NCBI GenBank assembly: GCA_965198125.1
Contig: CBDAOQ010000003.1
Location: 4,554,541 to 4,618,540 of the forward strand
DNA: 64,000 bases
From: Candidatus Versatilivorator sp.
GTDB lineage: Bacteria; Acidobacteriota; Terriglobia; Versatilivoradales; Versatilivoraceae
Reading direction: 5' to 3'
Part shown: in pieces, positions 37,837 to 47,606 of the stretch
Layout: each line of letters opens with the position of its first letter
Position numbering within the stretch: the stretch's first letter is position 1
Position numbers and translations under genes: made by a program
The notes under the pieces: model-generated
Seen by the model: only the letters and a program-made list of their open reading frames with translations
What the model was told of the DNA's origin: nothing
The model's database searches: none

Positions 37837-39285
37837 ATGGACACCAGCCCCATGCCGCTGTCCCGGCGCCAGATGCTTCGCTGCTGTTCCACGGGTTTCG
37901 GCGCCCTGGCCCTGTCGGCGCTCCTGGCCGATCCCACCTATGGAGCCACCCTGCAAACGGGAGCCAAGCCGGGCGGTGCCGCGGCCCCAAGGTTACCCCA
38001 TTGGCGCCCCCGGGCTCGCAACGTCATCTTCCTCTACATGGAAGGGGGTGTTTCCCAGGTCGACAGCTTTGATTACAAGCCCCTCCTGAACCGCTACCAC
38101 GGCAGGGCTCCTCAGGAAGTCATCGGAGAGCTGGAGGCCACCCAGTTCCAGGAGGTGGGGTCCATCCTCCAATCGCCCTGGAACTTTCGCCGCCACGGCC
38201 AAAGCGGTCTGTGGGTGAGCGATCTTTTCCCGCACATTGCCCGCCAGGTCGATGACCTCTGTATCATTCACTCCCTCACCTCCAAGTTCCCGGAACACAC
38301 CAGCGCCAATTATTTTCTGCACACCGGCGTCGGGATCCAGGGACGGCCCAGCCTGGGGTCCTGGAGTGTCTACGGACTGGGCAGCGAAAACCGGAACCTT
38401 CCGGGGTTTGTCGTGCTGAACGGGGGCCTGATTCCCTCGGGCGGGATTGACTGTTTCACCAACGGGTTCCTTCCGGCGACTTATCAGGGTTCGCTGTTTC
38501 AGGCCAAGGATCCTCCGGTAGCCAACCTTCGATCCCACCAGAGTTCGCCCCGGCTTCAGTCGGCCAAAAGGGACCTAGTGAGGGATCTGGACCGGCTTTC
38601 GCTGCAGCAGATGGGAGAAACCGACGCCCTGGAGTCGGCCATCGCCAACTATGAGCTGGCTGCACGCATGCAGGTGGAGGTTCCCGGTCTGATGGACCTC
38701 AGCCGCGAATCTCCATCGGTACAACGGCAGTACGGCCTGGAAGCCGCCTACGAACCGACGCGTCAATTCGGCCGGCAATGCCTGATTGCCCGCCGGCTGG
38801 TGGAACGGGGCGTCCGCTTCGTGGAGTTGACCTGTCCCGGTATCCCGGGGATCTCCCGCTGGGACGCCCACGCTCAGCTCAGGAAAAACCACAGTCTGAA
38901 CGCCCTGGCCACCGATCAGCCGATCACGGCGCTGCTGGCCGACTTGAAGCGCTGCGGCCTGCTGGAGGAAACCCTGGTCCTCTGGGCGGGTGAGTTCGGC
39001 CGCACGCCGTTTGCCCAAAAGGAAGATGGGCGTGACCACAATGAGTTCGGATTTACCCTGTGGATGGCGGGCGGCGGGGTGCGGGGCGGAATGACCTACG
39101 GCAGGACCGACGAGTGGGGGTACAAGGCAGTGGAGAACCCACTGGAGATGCATGACTTCCACGCAACCATCCTGCACCTTCTGGGGCTGGACCACACCCG
39201 ACTGACCTATCGCTTTGGCGGACGGGATATGCGCCTGACCGACGTCTACGGCAGAGTGGTCAAGGAAATCCTGGCCTCCGCCTGA
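37837..39285 (+). CDS. DUF1501 protein (Tat-exported)
   Basis: SRRQML Tat motif, GGVSQVDSFD, ARRLVERGVRFV, WDAH, GEFGRTP, GRDH, RLTDV. Confidence 0.92.
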   Translation: MDTSPMPLSRRQMLRCCSTGFGALALSALLADPTYGATLQTGAKPGGAAAPRLPHWRPRARNVIFLYMEGGVSQVDSFDYKPLLNRYHGRAPQEVIGELEATQFQEVGSILQSPWNFRRHGQSGLWVSDLFPHIARQVDDLCIIHSLTSKFPEHTSANYFLHTGVGIQGRPSLGSWSVYGLGSENRNLPGFVVLNGGLIPSGGIDCFTNGFLPATYQGSLFQAKDPPVANLRSHQSSPRLQSAKRDLVRDLDRLSLQQMGETDALESAIANYELAARMQVEVPGLMDLSRESPSVQRQYGLEAAYEPTRQFGRQCLIARRLVERGVRFVELTCPGIPGISRWDAHAQLRKNHSLNALATDQPITALLADLKRCGLLEETLVLWAGEFGRTPFAQKEDGRDHNEFGFTLWMAGGGVRGGMTYGRTDEWGYKAVENPLEMHDFHATILHLLGLDHTRLTYRFGGRDMRLTDVYGRVVKEILASA

Positions 39286-39558
39286 CCGGTGCCCCCTGCT
39301 GCTTCATGGCTCGCGACCCTGCCCTGCCGTGCGGATGATTCGAGGGAAAAAACCCAATCGTCAATAAAGACGAACCACGAATGAACACGAATAAACACAA
39401 ATAGACAAGAAAACACATGGACCTCCTTCAACGACAAACGGCACCAAAATGCTTCTGCAACTTTGTTACCTTGGTTTGACTTCGTGTCCTTCTTAGATAA
39501 CCCCTCGATATCGGTTGTCACACCCCCCAATCAACAATTCATCAATCAGTTTATTGGT

Positions 39559-39722
39559 GAGCCTTTTGCAAAATTCGCTAGGAAGCGGGATTTATTGTCG
39601 GGAAGAGTTGGTGTCCCTGGGAAACCCATGGCTAGCCAGGTGCAGATCCCTTTCGAGGGCGTTATTTTGCAGGAGCATTCTGCCCCCATCTCATGCCCGA
39701 CTCCGAATTTTGCAAAAGGCTC
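39559..39722. mobile_element. 164-bp MITE (copy 2, inverted)
   Basis: Same TIR as 30202-30365; 4-bp TSD TGGT on both sides. Confidence 0.9.
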
Positions 39723-39938
39723 TGGTGTTCATTCGTGTCCATTCGTGGTTCGCCGTTTTCCTTTGTGGATAACTCTTATCGGTCCTTGTTGCGTGTGTGG
39801 AAAACTCTTCCCCCTCCACAACCTTTGGCGGATCCCTCTTGAGCCTTCTCCAACCCCTTAGTGGCCCTTCGTAGTCCTTCGTGCCTCTTCGTGGATATCT
39901 TTTTTCCTTCACTGCTTGTTGGTCTGAGGCTCCCCGGC

Positions 39939-40907
39939 CTATTCCTTCTCAACCAGGATCTGAGCCAACAGCTCGGGATCTACGTTCCCGCCACTGATCA
40001 CGGTGACGCTCTGCCTGGCGGGCGGCAGCTCGTGTTGATGATAGAGAAAGGCGGCAAAGGGCACCGCGCCGCTGGGCTCCACGACCAGCCGGACATCCAG
40101 AACCAGCCTGCGCAAGGCCTTGCGAATCTCCTCCTCGCTGACGGTGATGATATCGTCCACGAAGGTCTGAATATGTTCGAAGGTAATGTCGCCGATCCGG
40201 GTGGCTCTCATGCCGTCGGCAATCGTTCTGCGGGTCTGCTCAATGGGAAGTTCCACAATCCTGCCGCTTCGCAAGCTGGCTTGTGCGTCGTTGGCCCACT
40301 CCGGCTCCACACCCACCACGTGAATGCCGGGGCGGCTAAGCTTCAAGGCCGCCGCCACTCCACTGATGAGGCCCCCGCCCCCTATGGGAACCAGGACCAG
40401 TTCCACATCGGGGAGATCCTGGAGGATCTCGAGACCCACCGTGGCCTGGCCGGCGATGATGGTCTCATCGTCAAAGGGCGGCACCATGGCCAGACCCCGC
40501 TCGGCCGCCAGAGTTTCGGCCGCCATCCGCCATTCCTCTTCCCCGCCCTCCTCCACGGTGACGATCTCGGCGCCCAGGTCCAGGGTCTTGGCGCGTTTAA
40601 TGGCGGGCGCCCGGGCCGGCATGACGATGACCGCCCGAATACCCATGGCCCGGGCGGCGTAGGCCACTCCCTGGGCATGGTTGCCGCTGGAGAAGGCGAT
40701 CACACCCTGCCGCCGCTGGTCCGGAGAGAGCGAGGCGATCTTGTTGTAGGCGCCACGAAGCTTGAAGGCTCCCACGGGTTGAAAGCTCTCCGGTTTTGGA
40801 AACGTCTGCCGGTCGCTGGAGAAGTCGGTAAAGTGCACCAGAGGCGTGCTGACCGCTACTCCCGCAATCCTGGCTTGGGCTGACTTGATGTCTTCCAGGG
40901 TGATCAT
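39939..40907 (-). CDS. Threonine/serine dehydratase-family PLP enzyme (no ACT domain)
   Basis: GAFKLRGA, SSGNHAQG, GQATVGLE, PIGGGGL, ISGGNVD. Confidence 0.9.
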   Translation of the reverse strand: MITLEDIKSAQARIAGVAVSTPLVHFTDFSSDRQTFPKPESFQPVGAFKLRGAYNKIASLSPDQRRQGVIAFSSGNHAQGVAYAARAMGIRAVIVMPARAPAIKRAKTLDLGAEIVTVEEGGEEEWRMAAETLAAERGLAMVPPFDDETIIAGQATVGLEILQDLPDVELVLVPIGGGGLISGVAAALKLSRPGIHVVGVEPEWANDAQASLRSGRIVELPIEQTRRTIADGMRATRIGDITFEHIQTFVDDIITVSEEEIRKALRRLVLDVRLVVEPSGAVPFAAFLYHQHELPPARQSVTVISGGNVDPELLAQILVEKE

Positions 40908-41021
40908 GGAGCCGCTTTCTCTTCCGTGCGCCCACTTGCGGCTGTTCGGCTGGACGCATGAAGCCGTTACCGGGTTCGCTCCATCCCGGACTTGGGAATC
41001 ACCAGTGGCGCACCAGAGCTG

Positions 41022-41696
41022 TCAATCGGCTGCAAAGCAATAGAAGTAGCCGTTGCCTCCGGTACCCTGCAGATTGGCTTGACTGCAACCCCGAGAACCG
41101 TGGGAGGAGTTCCAGGAGGTCGGCTTGGCGCCGCCGCCAATCCGGTCATGGTGGCCCACCTGGGCGCTACCCTCGCCGTTTCCGGTCCAGTTCTGGCAGG
41201 TGTGGTCTTCGCCGTCAGTAAAGGCAGTGCCGTCCTCCTGGGTGCCGGTCAGGATGTCATGCTGGTTGGGAGTGTCCCCACGGCCGTTGACCGCCTCGCC
41301 CTTCTCGCTAAGTGAATTCTCCTTGCTCAGCTTGTTGTTCTCCGAGTGCAAATCGGCAACGTTCCCGGCAACCTGGACACCCTTGGCGTTGTACCAGGGA
41401 CCGGAGCCGATTCGGTCGCGAGCATTGATCCCAGGCTGGTCTCCGGAAGGGCTGGCGCTCAAGTAAGCCCGCCAGGTCCGGTTGCCTGCTCCCGCGGCTT
41501 CAGCCAACTCCTGACAGTGGGCATCGGCGCCGGCCAAGCCGCCCAGGTTGGCCCCGTCACCAGGACCGCTGCCGGTGATGAAGAAGCTCAAATCCGTTTT
41601 CTCCTCGCTTGCCGGCTCTGTTGCCTTGGGCGGTTCCGGAGGGGAGGCACAGCCCCCTGACATCACCAACGCTACAACCAGCACCGTTTTCTTCAT
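41022..41696 (-). CDS. Lipoprotein with lectin/endostatin-like domain
   Basis: Lipobox SGG-C, GGLAGADAHCQ, WRAYLS, NARDRIG.GPW, C.NW, YCFA. Confidence 0.75.
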   Translation of the reverse strand: MKKTVLVVALVMSGGCASPPEPPKATEPASEEKTDLSFFITGSGPGDGANLGGLAGADAHCQELAEAAGAGNRTWRAYLSASPSGDQPGINARDRIGSGPWYNAKGVQVAGNVADLHSENNKLSKENSLSEKGEAVNGRGDTPNQHDILTGTQEDGTAFTDGEDHTCQNWTGNGEGSAQVGHHDRIGGGAKPTSWNSSHGSRGCSQANLQGTGGNGYFYCFAAD

Positions 41697-42258
41697 GGTA
41701 CTCCCCTTTCACTCGCCCTGACATGGGCGGAATCCATAGTGACTTCAGTTGCTTAACCTGGGTGCATTCTATATGACCTGCCTGTCGCGGGGAAACCTTG
41801 CGGCGTGAAAAAGAAGGACCTCCAAGTCTATTTTATGGGAGCATCCCGGATATCATTATCGTATAATCTTGTCCGTCTTTTATACCGAATTCATAATAAA
41901 TGGATTTGAGTGGCTTTGCCCGTGAGCAAGCGGGCAGGCTCTTGCATTCTTAATTAAAGGTTCATGCGGGCTTCCTCCTTGAACAGATTGGGTTCGCTCC
42001 TATCCGTTTCTCGGATTTAGCCCATGTGAATAATCTTCACAGAATTCACAGTTAGTTAACTTCTTACAACGGGATAGCGTTTCAATGAGGAAATCTCTTG
42101 TAAAGAGGTAAGATAACCGTATATTAAGGCAAAAAATTTAGTTATAAATCTAAGACGTATGGCAGGAGAGAACCGGACAGGCAGGTTGCAGATAGAGTGA
42201 ATCCGTTTCGTGTCCATTCGACTTTATTTCAAAAGAGTCATCCCAGCAGGAGGAATCC

Positions 42259-45174
42259 ATGCTCCATAGACTTGGTGTCCTGACCGTTGTGCTGCTCCTG
42301 GTTGGGGTTTCCGGCGTTGCCTACGCTCAGGGAACCGCTACCTTGAAAGGCGAGGTGAGCGACAACTACGGCTCGGTCATCCCGGCCGCGGAAGTAATTG
42401 TGACCAACAATGCCACTGGAGTCGAGGTAATCGCCTCGACGGATGCCGTCGGCAGCTACGAATTGACCCTGGAGCCCGGGACCTACACGGTAACGGTGGA
42501 GGCTTCCGGCTTCGAGACGGCCAGCGCCAGCGACGTCGAACTGATGGCAGGCCAATCGGTCCTGCGCAACTTCTCGCTGGAATTGGGAGCCGTCACCACC
42601 TCGATCGTGGTGGTTGGGAGCCGGGCCGAGCCAAGGTCGGCGACCGAGTCCACCGTGCCGGTGGACGTCATCCGCCCCGAGGACTTTTCCAACCAGGGAA
42701 GCAGGGACCTGGCAGCCCAGTTGCGGACGGTGATTCCCTCCTTCAACATCAACACCCAGCCGATCAGCGATGCGGCCACCGTCGTCCGGCCGGCCAACTT
42801 GCGCAACCTGGCCCCCGACCACACCCTGATCCTGGTCAACGGAAAGCGCCGCCACCGCTCGGCCGTCATCACCTGGCTGGGGAACGGGATCGCCGATGGC
42901 TCGCAGGGGCCCGACATCTCGACTATTCCATCCATTGCCATTCGGCAGGCCGAGGTTCTCCGTGACGGTGCAGCCGCGCAATACGGCTCGGACGCCATTG
43001 CCGGAGTCATCAACTTCCAACTGAAGAACGCTCCCTCGGGAGGCAGCCTGGAAGTCCAGACCGGGGGGTACCTCAATTCAAATCCGGGGGACCCGGCGAC
43101 CTGCGGGTCGGGGATCATCGGCGACATCAAGCACTCCTGCAACGGGATCGGCGGACATGGCCAGAACTTGTCGGTCGCCGGAAACATCGGGATGCCGCTT
43201 GGATCGAACGGTTTTGTCAACCTCAGTATGGAGTACGGCAACGCCAACCCCACCAACCGCGCCATCCAGCGCGATGACGCCCAAGGCATTATCGACGCGG
43301 GTAACACCAATTTGCGCAACACGGCCCAGGTCTGGGGGGCCCCAAGGATCAACCACGACGTCAAGCTGTTCGGCAACTTCGGCCACATGTTCGAGAACAA
43401 TTGGCAATTCTACGGTCACGCCAACTACGTTACCCGCAAGGTGACCGGTGGCTTTTACTTCCGGAATCCACACACCCGCGGCGGGGTTTTCCGCGGTCCC
43501 AAGGTGAATGGCCTCTCCACGCTGCTCGTCGGCGACCGGGTCTGGGCCGAGACCGCTCCCGAAGGCCGCGAGCCTCCTCCCGGACGCGAGCCAGGCTCCG
43601 GCGGCTGCCCCATCGTCCCGATTATCGACAACGTGCCCGATCGCGATGCACTCGCGGCCGTCGAGGCCGACCCGAACTGCTTCACCCTCCACAGCCGCTT
43701 TCCCGGAGGGTTCACCCCGCAATTCGGCGGTGACCTGATCGACTACTCGCTGGTCACCGGCCTGCGCGGCTTCGCCAGCAACGGTTTCACCTGGGACGCC
43801 AGCGCCAGCATCGGCACCAGCGAGATCGATCAGTTCATTTTCGATACGGTCAATGCGTCCCTCGGCTACGACACCCCGACATCCTTCAGGCCAGGCATCT
43901 ACCGGCAGGACGAAGTCAATTTCAACTTCGACGTTTCCTACCCCCTCCACCAATACGTGCACACGGCCGCCGGCACGGAGTGGCGGCAGGAGAAGTTCAC
44001 CATTGGCGCCGGCGATCAGTCGTCGTGGGAAATCGGTCCCTATGCCGTGCAGGGGTTCAGTTCCGGTTCGAACGGCTTCAACGGCTATCGGGCCGACACC
44101 ACGGCGGGAGAGTGGAGCCGCAGCAATGTCGCCGTCTACGGCGACGTCGAGTTTGGCGACCCCGGCAAAAAGTGGACGGTCGGTACGGCCGTCCGGTTTG
44201 AGGACTTCGAGGACTTCGGCACCACCATCAACGGCAAGATCTCGGGGCGCTTCGAGCTGAGCGATCGCGTCGCCCTGCGCAGCGCCATCAGCAGCGGGTT
44301 TCGGGCGCCGACACCGGGGCAACAGCATGCATTCAACGTGACCACGGCCTTTATCGGCGGGCAGTTGACCAACAACGGCGTGGTCCCCTCCACCTCGGCG
44401 GTGGCTGTTACGCGCGGCGGCGGTCAGCTCCAACCGGAGAAATCACGCAACTACAGCGCGGGCATGGTGGTTGAGGAGGGCCCCTTCACCTTCACTGCCG
44501 ACTATTTCCGGATCGACATCGCTGACCGCGTTTCCCTGTCTCAGGAAATCAACTTGTCGGAGGGGGAGATCGAGACGCTGCTGGACGAAGGGATTCCCGA
44601 AGCACGCAATTTCCCCGTGTTCCGCTTCTTCCTGAACGACTTTTCGACCACGACCCAGGGCATCGACCTGATCTCGACGATGGTGGTCGGGAAAACGACC
44701 TTCAGTGGGGTCTTCAACTACACGGATACGACCCTCAAGGACATTGAATCGTCGGTGATCGACACTTTCCGTATCACGACGCTGGAACGGGGACTGCCCA
44801 ACACGCGCTGGAACTTCACCGTCAACCACGACGGCGGACGGTGGAACCTGATGGGCCGCTTGAACTACTTCGGTGCATTCTGGGACAGCGAGGACGGGCG
44901 CAACGCGAACGATGTGGCTCCGGATGTTGTGACAGAGTCCTGGCTCTACCCCTCCTATGCCGGCAAGGCGCTGCTGGATCTGGAGCTGGGTATCCCGTTC
45001 GGAGACAACCTCAAACTGGCCCTGGGGGGTGAAAACGTGCTGAATACCTACCCCGAAGTGAACCAGTATGGCGCCCAAACGGTGGGCAACAAGTACGGCC
45101 AGTTCTCGCCCTTCGGGTTCGGCGGCGCCTACTACTACGTGCGGCTCAGCTACAGTTGGGGTAAGCTTTTCTAG
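42259..45174 (+). CDS. TonB-dependent receptor with N-terminal carboxypeptidase-regulatory-like domain
   Basis: Signal peptide, plug motifs TLILVNGKRRH and EVLRDGAAAQYGSDAIAGVINF, SGFRAP, PEKS, terminal F; AGGAGG RBS. Confidence 0.93.
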   Translation: MLHRLGVLTVVLLLVGVSGVAYAQGTATLKGEVSDNYGSVIPAAEVIVTNNATGVEVIASTDAVGSYELTLEPGTYTVTVEASGFETASASDVELMAGQSVLRNFSLELGAVTTSIVVVGSRAEPRSATESTVPVDVIRPEDFSNQGSRDLAAQLRTVIPSFNINTQPISDAATVVRPANLRNLAPDHTLILVNGKRRHRSAVITWLGNGIADGSQGPDISTIPSIAIRQAEVLRDGAAAQYGSDAIAGVINFQLKNAPSGGSLEVQTGGYLNSNPGDPATCGSGIIGDIKHSCNGIGGHGQNLSVAGNIGMPLGSNGFVNLSMEYGNANPTNRAIQRDDAQGIIDAGNTNLRNTAQVWGAPRINHDVKLFGNFGHMFENNWQFYGHANYVTRKVTGGFYFRNPHTRGGVFRGPKVNGLSTLLVGDRVWAETAPEGREPPPGREPGSGGCPIVPIIDNVPDRDALAAVEADPNCFTLHSRFPGGFTPQFGGDLIDYSLVTGLRGFASNGFTWDASASIGTSEIDQFIFDTVNASLGYDTPTSFRPGIYRQDEVNFNFDVSYPLHQYVHTAAGTEWRQEKFTIGAGDQSSWEIGPYAVQGFSSGSNGFNGYRADTTAGEWSRSNVAVYGDVEFGDPGKKWTVGTAVRFEDFEDFGTTINGKISGRFELSDRVALRSAISSGFRAPTPGQQHAFNVTTAFIGGQLTNNGVVPSTSAVAVTRGGGQLQPEKSRNYSAGMVVEEGPFTFTADYFRIDIADRVSLSQEINLSEGEIETLLDEGIPEARNFPVFRFFLNDFSTTTQGIDLISTMVVGKTTFSGVFNYTDTTLKDIESSVIDTFRITTLERGLPNTRWNFTVNHDGGRWNLMGRLNYFGAFWDSEDGRNANDVAPDVVTESWLYPSYAGKALLDLELGIPFGDNLKLALGGENVLNTYPEVNQYGAQTVGNKYGQFSPFGFGGAYYYVRLSYSWGKLF

Positions 45175-45375
45175 CCAGCCAGACGGCCCAGCGGGGGGTC
45201 ACGAACAGCTTTTCCCTGGCCCCCCCAACCTCAACCCCGGGGCCACCGCCTGGTTGCGGACAGCCGTAGCGAGCCTGAAGGTCGCTGGAAATCGGTGTTG
45301 ACGGAACTCGCCTCCCAAAGGTCTGGACATCAGCCTGTCTGGTTTCGTCCCTTCGAGTTCAACGGCGGTTTTGGG

Positions 45376-45852
45376 CTACCCGCAACTCAACCATTGGGCC
45401 AGCGCCTTGTCCGGATTGGCCAGTTCCTCGATCGAGTCATACCAACTGGCTTCCCAGCCGCTTTCCGGAAGGCCGGTGAACACCATCAGGTTGAGAGGGT
45501 AGCCTTCGCTGTCGGTGCAACGCCGGAAATCGTCCCGGAACAGGAATACCGGCTTCCCCCAGGCAATCGCCATCCCCAGCTCCACCATCACTCCCTCGTC
45601 CGGGGGACAGCCGTTGACTACTGCAAACAGTCCATCCGCCTCCCGCACGTCGCGAAGGTCAGCCTGACCGATCCGATAGGCCCAATGCGGGCTGCTCCGG
45701 TCGATCTGGTTGTTGCGGGCAAACGGCTCCCACACCTGGGCGCCCATCGATTCCAGGGCCGCCACCAGATCCTGCAACGGTCCCGCGCGCTGCTGCGCCG
45801 AGAATCCGTACGGATTGGCCAGATAAAGGGTCTTTTTCGTCAGCATGTTCAT
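45376..45852 (-). CDS. Nucleoside 2-deoxyribosyltransferase-family protein
   Basis: LYLANPYGF, DLRDVREAD, PDEGVMVELGMA, NLM. Confidence 0.85.
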   Translation of the reverse strand: MNMLTKKTLYLANPYGFSAQQRAGPLQDLVAALESMGAQVWEPFARNNQIDRSSPHWAYRIGQADLRDVREADGLFAVVNGCPPDEGVMVELGMAIAWGKPVFLFRDDFRRCTDSEGYPLNLMVFTGLPESGWEASWYDSIEELANPDKALAQWLSCG

Positions 45853-45957
45853 CTCAGCAAACCTCTCGACCCGAGGGGCAACAAAGGCCCCTAACCACGC
45901 CGCCGCCAAGGCGGGGCGGCCGCTGCCGCTGATATTGACTCACGGGGGGCGGTGTTT

Positions 45958-46060
45958 GCCCCCCACCGGCTCGACTGCGGGCTCCGGGCAATCACTCCCC
46001 CCTCGAGGGGGAGTCTCAGAAGCCGAGCCGCCAGGCGAAGGCCGATGCGGTGGGGGGTGG
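45958..46060. repeat. REP-like composite palindrome
   Basis: CCCCCCACCGGCTCGACTGCGGGCTCC..ATCACTCCCCCTCGAGGGGGAGTC..GAGCCGCCAGGCGAAGGCCGATGCGG; matches 31185-31255 and 31421-31492. Confidence 0.75.
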
Positions 46061-46103
46061 AAGCCGGGCCGCACCTTAGTATACATTTCTGCTCCATCGC
46101 TGC

Positions 46104-47009
46104 TCAGATCCCAACACTTGGAGCATTGCCGAGTGGTGCGCGTCCCAGCGCTAACAACTGGCGCACAAGTTGCCGACCTTCTTGAGTTATTCCTGGGGAA
46201 GCGAGCAGGGGTTGGGCTCTCGCGACTTCGTCGCGGACGGCACGCACGCGCTCCTCGGCGAATCTCCGGTCCAGTCCGGGTGGCGGCCTCTGCGCCGCAA
46301 GCTGCCACAGTCTCTGCACAATCACGAACACATACAAAGCGTGGAGCACGCCCTGCACGTTCCGTTCGCAGTTCCGCCACGGTGAGAAGGTGACCGTTTC
46401 CGGGCGGTTCGACTCGACGAACGGAATCCGGCGTTCGAGCAAGGACAGTTGCAGGTGCATCGTTTCGTGGACCAGAGCTTCCGCCACCCGCTCGGTTCTC
46501 GCGTGAGTCCCGTGGTCTGGTACGGAGAGGAACACGGAAAAAGGCAGGTCAGGCCTGCTGAAGCTACAATCTACCTCGGGAGACGACGCCTTGAGCAGGT
46601 GGACGCAGCGCACTAGGTGTTCGATGGAGGAGGACAGCTCCGGCCAGACAGCATGCGTAAGATGCCAAGCCTGTCTCAGGATGCCAACATCATCCGCCGG
46701 AACCGTAGACTCATCGACTCTGTGCAGCGAAAGACCCACAGCGTCAAGCTCGGCGACAGCTCGATAGGGGAGACACTCAAGTAGAACGAGGCATCCCTTC
46801 ACTCCAGCTGGCGGATCGACCTTGCCAATGATCCGCCTTGCCTCGTTGGCGTTTCGCGCCATCATGCGCGCCGTGCCGTAGGACTCGAAGTCGAGACCAA
46901 GCGGACTCAGGAGGTCGGCAACACCAATCTGTTGCAGTGCCGCAGGCAGTGCCGAAGTCCAGTGAGCGGGGCGCAGGAGGACGTCTTCCACAGATTGAAC
47001 AGTGTCCAT
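46104..47009 (-). CDS. HExxH-motif RiPP tailoring protein (aKG-HExxH-like)
   Basis: SFSRPDLPFSVF, EALVHETMHLQL, SPWR...R...GVLHALYVF; last gene of the RiPP operon. Confidence 0.8.
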   Translation of the reverse strand: MDTVQSVEDVLLRPAHWTSALPAALQQIGVADLLSPLGLDFESYGTARMMARNANEARRIIGKVDPPAGVKGCLVLLECLPYRAVAELDAVGLSLHRVDESTVPADDVGILRQAWHLTHAVWPELSSSIEHLVRCVHLLKASSPEVDCSFSRPDLPFSVFLSVPDHGTHARTERVAEALVHETMHLQLSLLERRIPFVESNRPETVTFSPWRNCERNVQGVLHALYVFVIVQRLWQLAAQRPPPGLDRRFAEERVRAVRDEVARAQPLLASPGITQEGRQLVRQLLALGRAPLGNAPSVGI

Positions 47010-47018
47010 AGCAAGCTT

Positions 47019-47606
47019 CTATCTGACGACCGCATGAAACGAATACACGATGGAATACCGCTCGCCACGGACGACTTCGCTGACTGCATGATGCGAGCGG
47101 CGGGATATCTCAAAGATCAAGGCCTGTCTCGACACAGGCGCGAGGACCACCCGCACGTCTTCAGGTTCGCCACCACCAAAGAGCAGCAAGTACCCACCGT
47201 CGCCAGCACTCCAGCCGCGATTCAGCTGCACGATCAGTCGATGGGTCTCGCCACCCTCAAGGTAGTCGTCGTGGATCCGAATGCGCTGCCCTTTCGTAAG
47301 TCGATGAGCTGTCATGTCGACGGTCGCTTGGAGTCGCCTGTTGAAAAGTGCCGAAATCTGATCACGCATCTCTGCAATGGTCGTATCGGCAGCCAACTGC
47401 GCGACGTCAGAGGGCAACTCGACATCGCGCATGTCGAATTCGTGCTGACAATAGAACGATTCCTCCGTGAGATTCCACGGAGCTGCACGTTCGAACCATG
47501 ACAAGGTCGACCGCTCGACTTCGGTGCACAAGGCTTCCGGCAAAACAGAAAACGGAAAAGGGTCTATCTCGAGGCAGGCAGTTGACAAGTCGACAACGGG
47601 TCGCAT
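47019..47606 (-). CDS. yhhC: 2OG-Fe(II) oxygenase (YhhC-like)
   Basis: FYCQHEF, IRIHDD (HxD), THRLIVQLNRGW..GG, SHHAVSEV..GERYS. Confidence 0.78.
   Translation of the reverse strand: MRPVVDLSTACLEIDPFPFSVLPEALCTEVERSTLSWFERAAPWNLTEESFYCQHEFDMRDVELPSDVAQLAADTTIAEMRDQISALFNRRLQATVDMTAHRLTKGQRIRIHDDYLEGGETHRLIVQLNRGWSAGDGGYLLLFGGGEPEDVRVVLAPVSRQALIFEISRRSHHAVSEVVRGERYSIVYSFHAVVR

Noticed and set aside
30202-39722. Composite transposon formed by the two inverted 164-bp MITEs
   Set aside because: Each copy has its own distinct TSD (ATTT versus TGGT), indicating independent insertions.
42025-42041. Canonical CRP or Rex box
   Set aside because: The spacer is TGTGA-N7-TCACA rather than N6; kept only as an unassigned palindrome.
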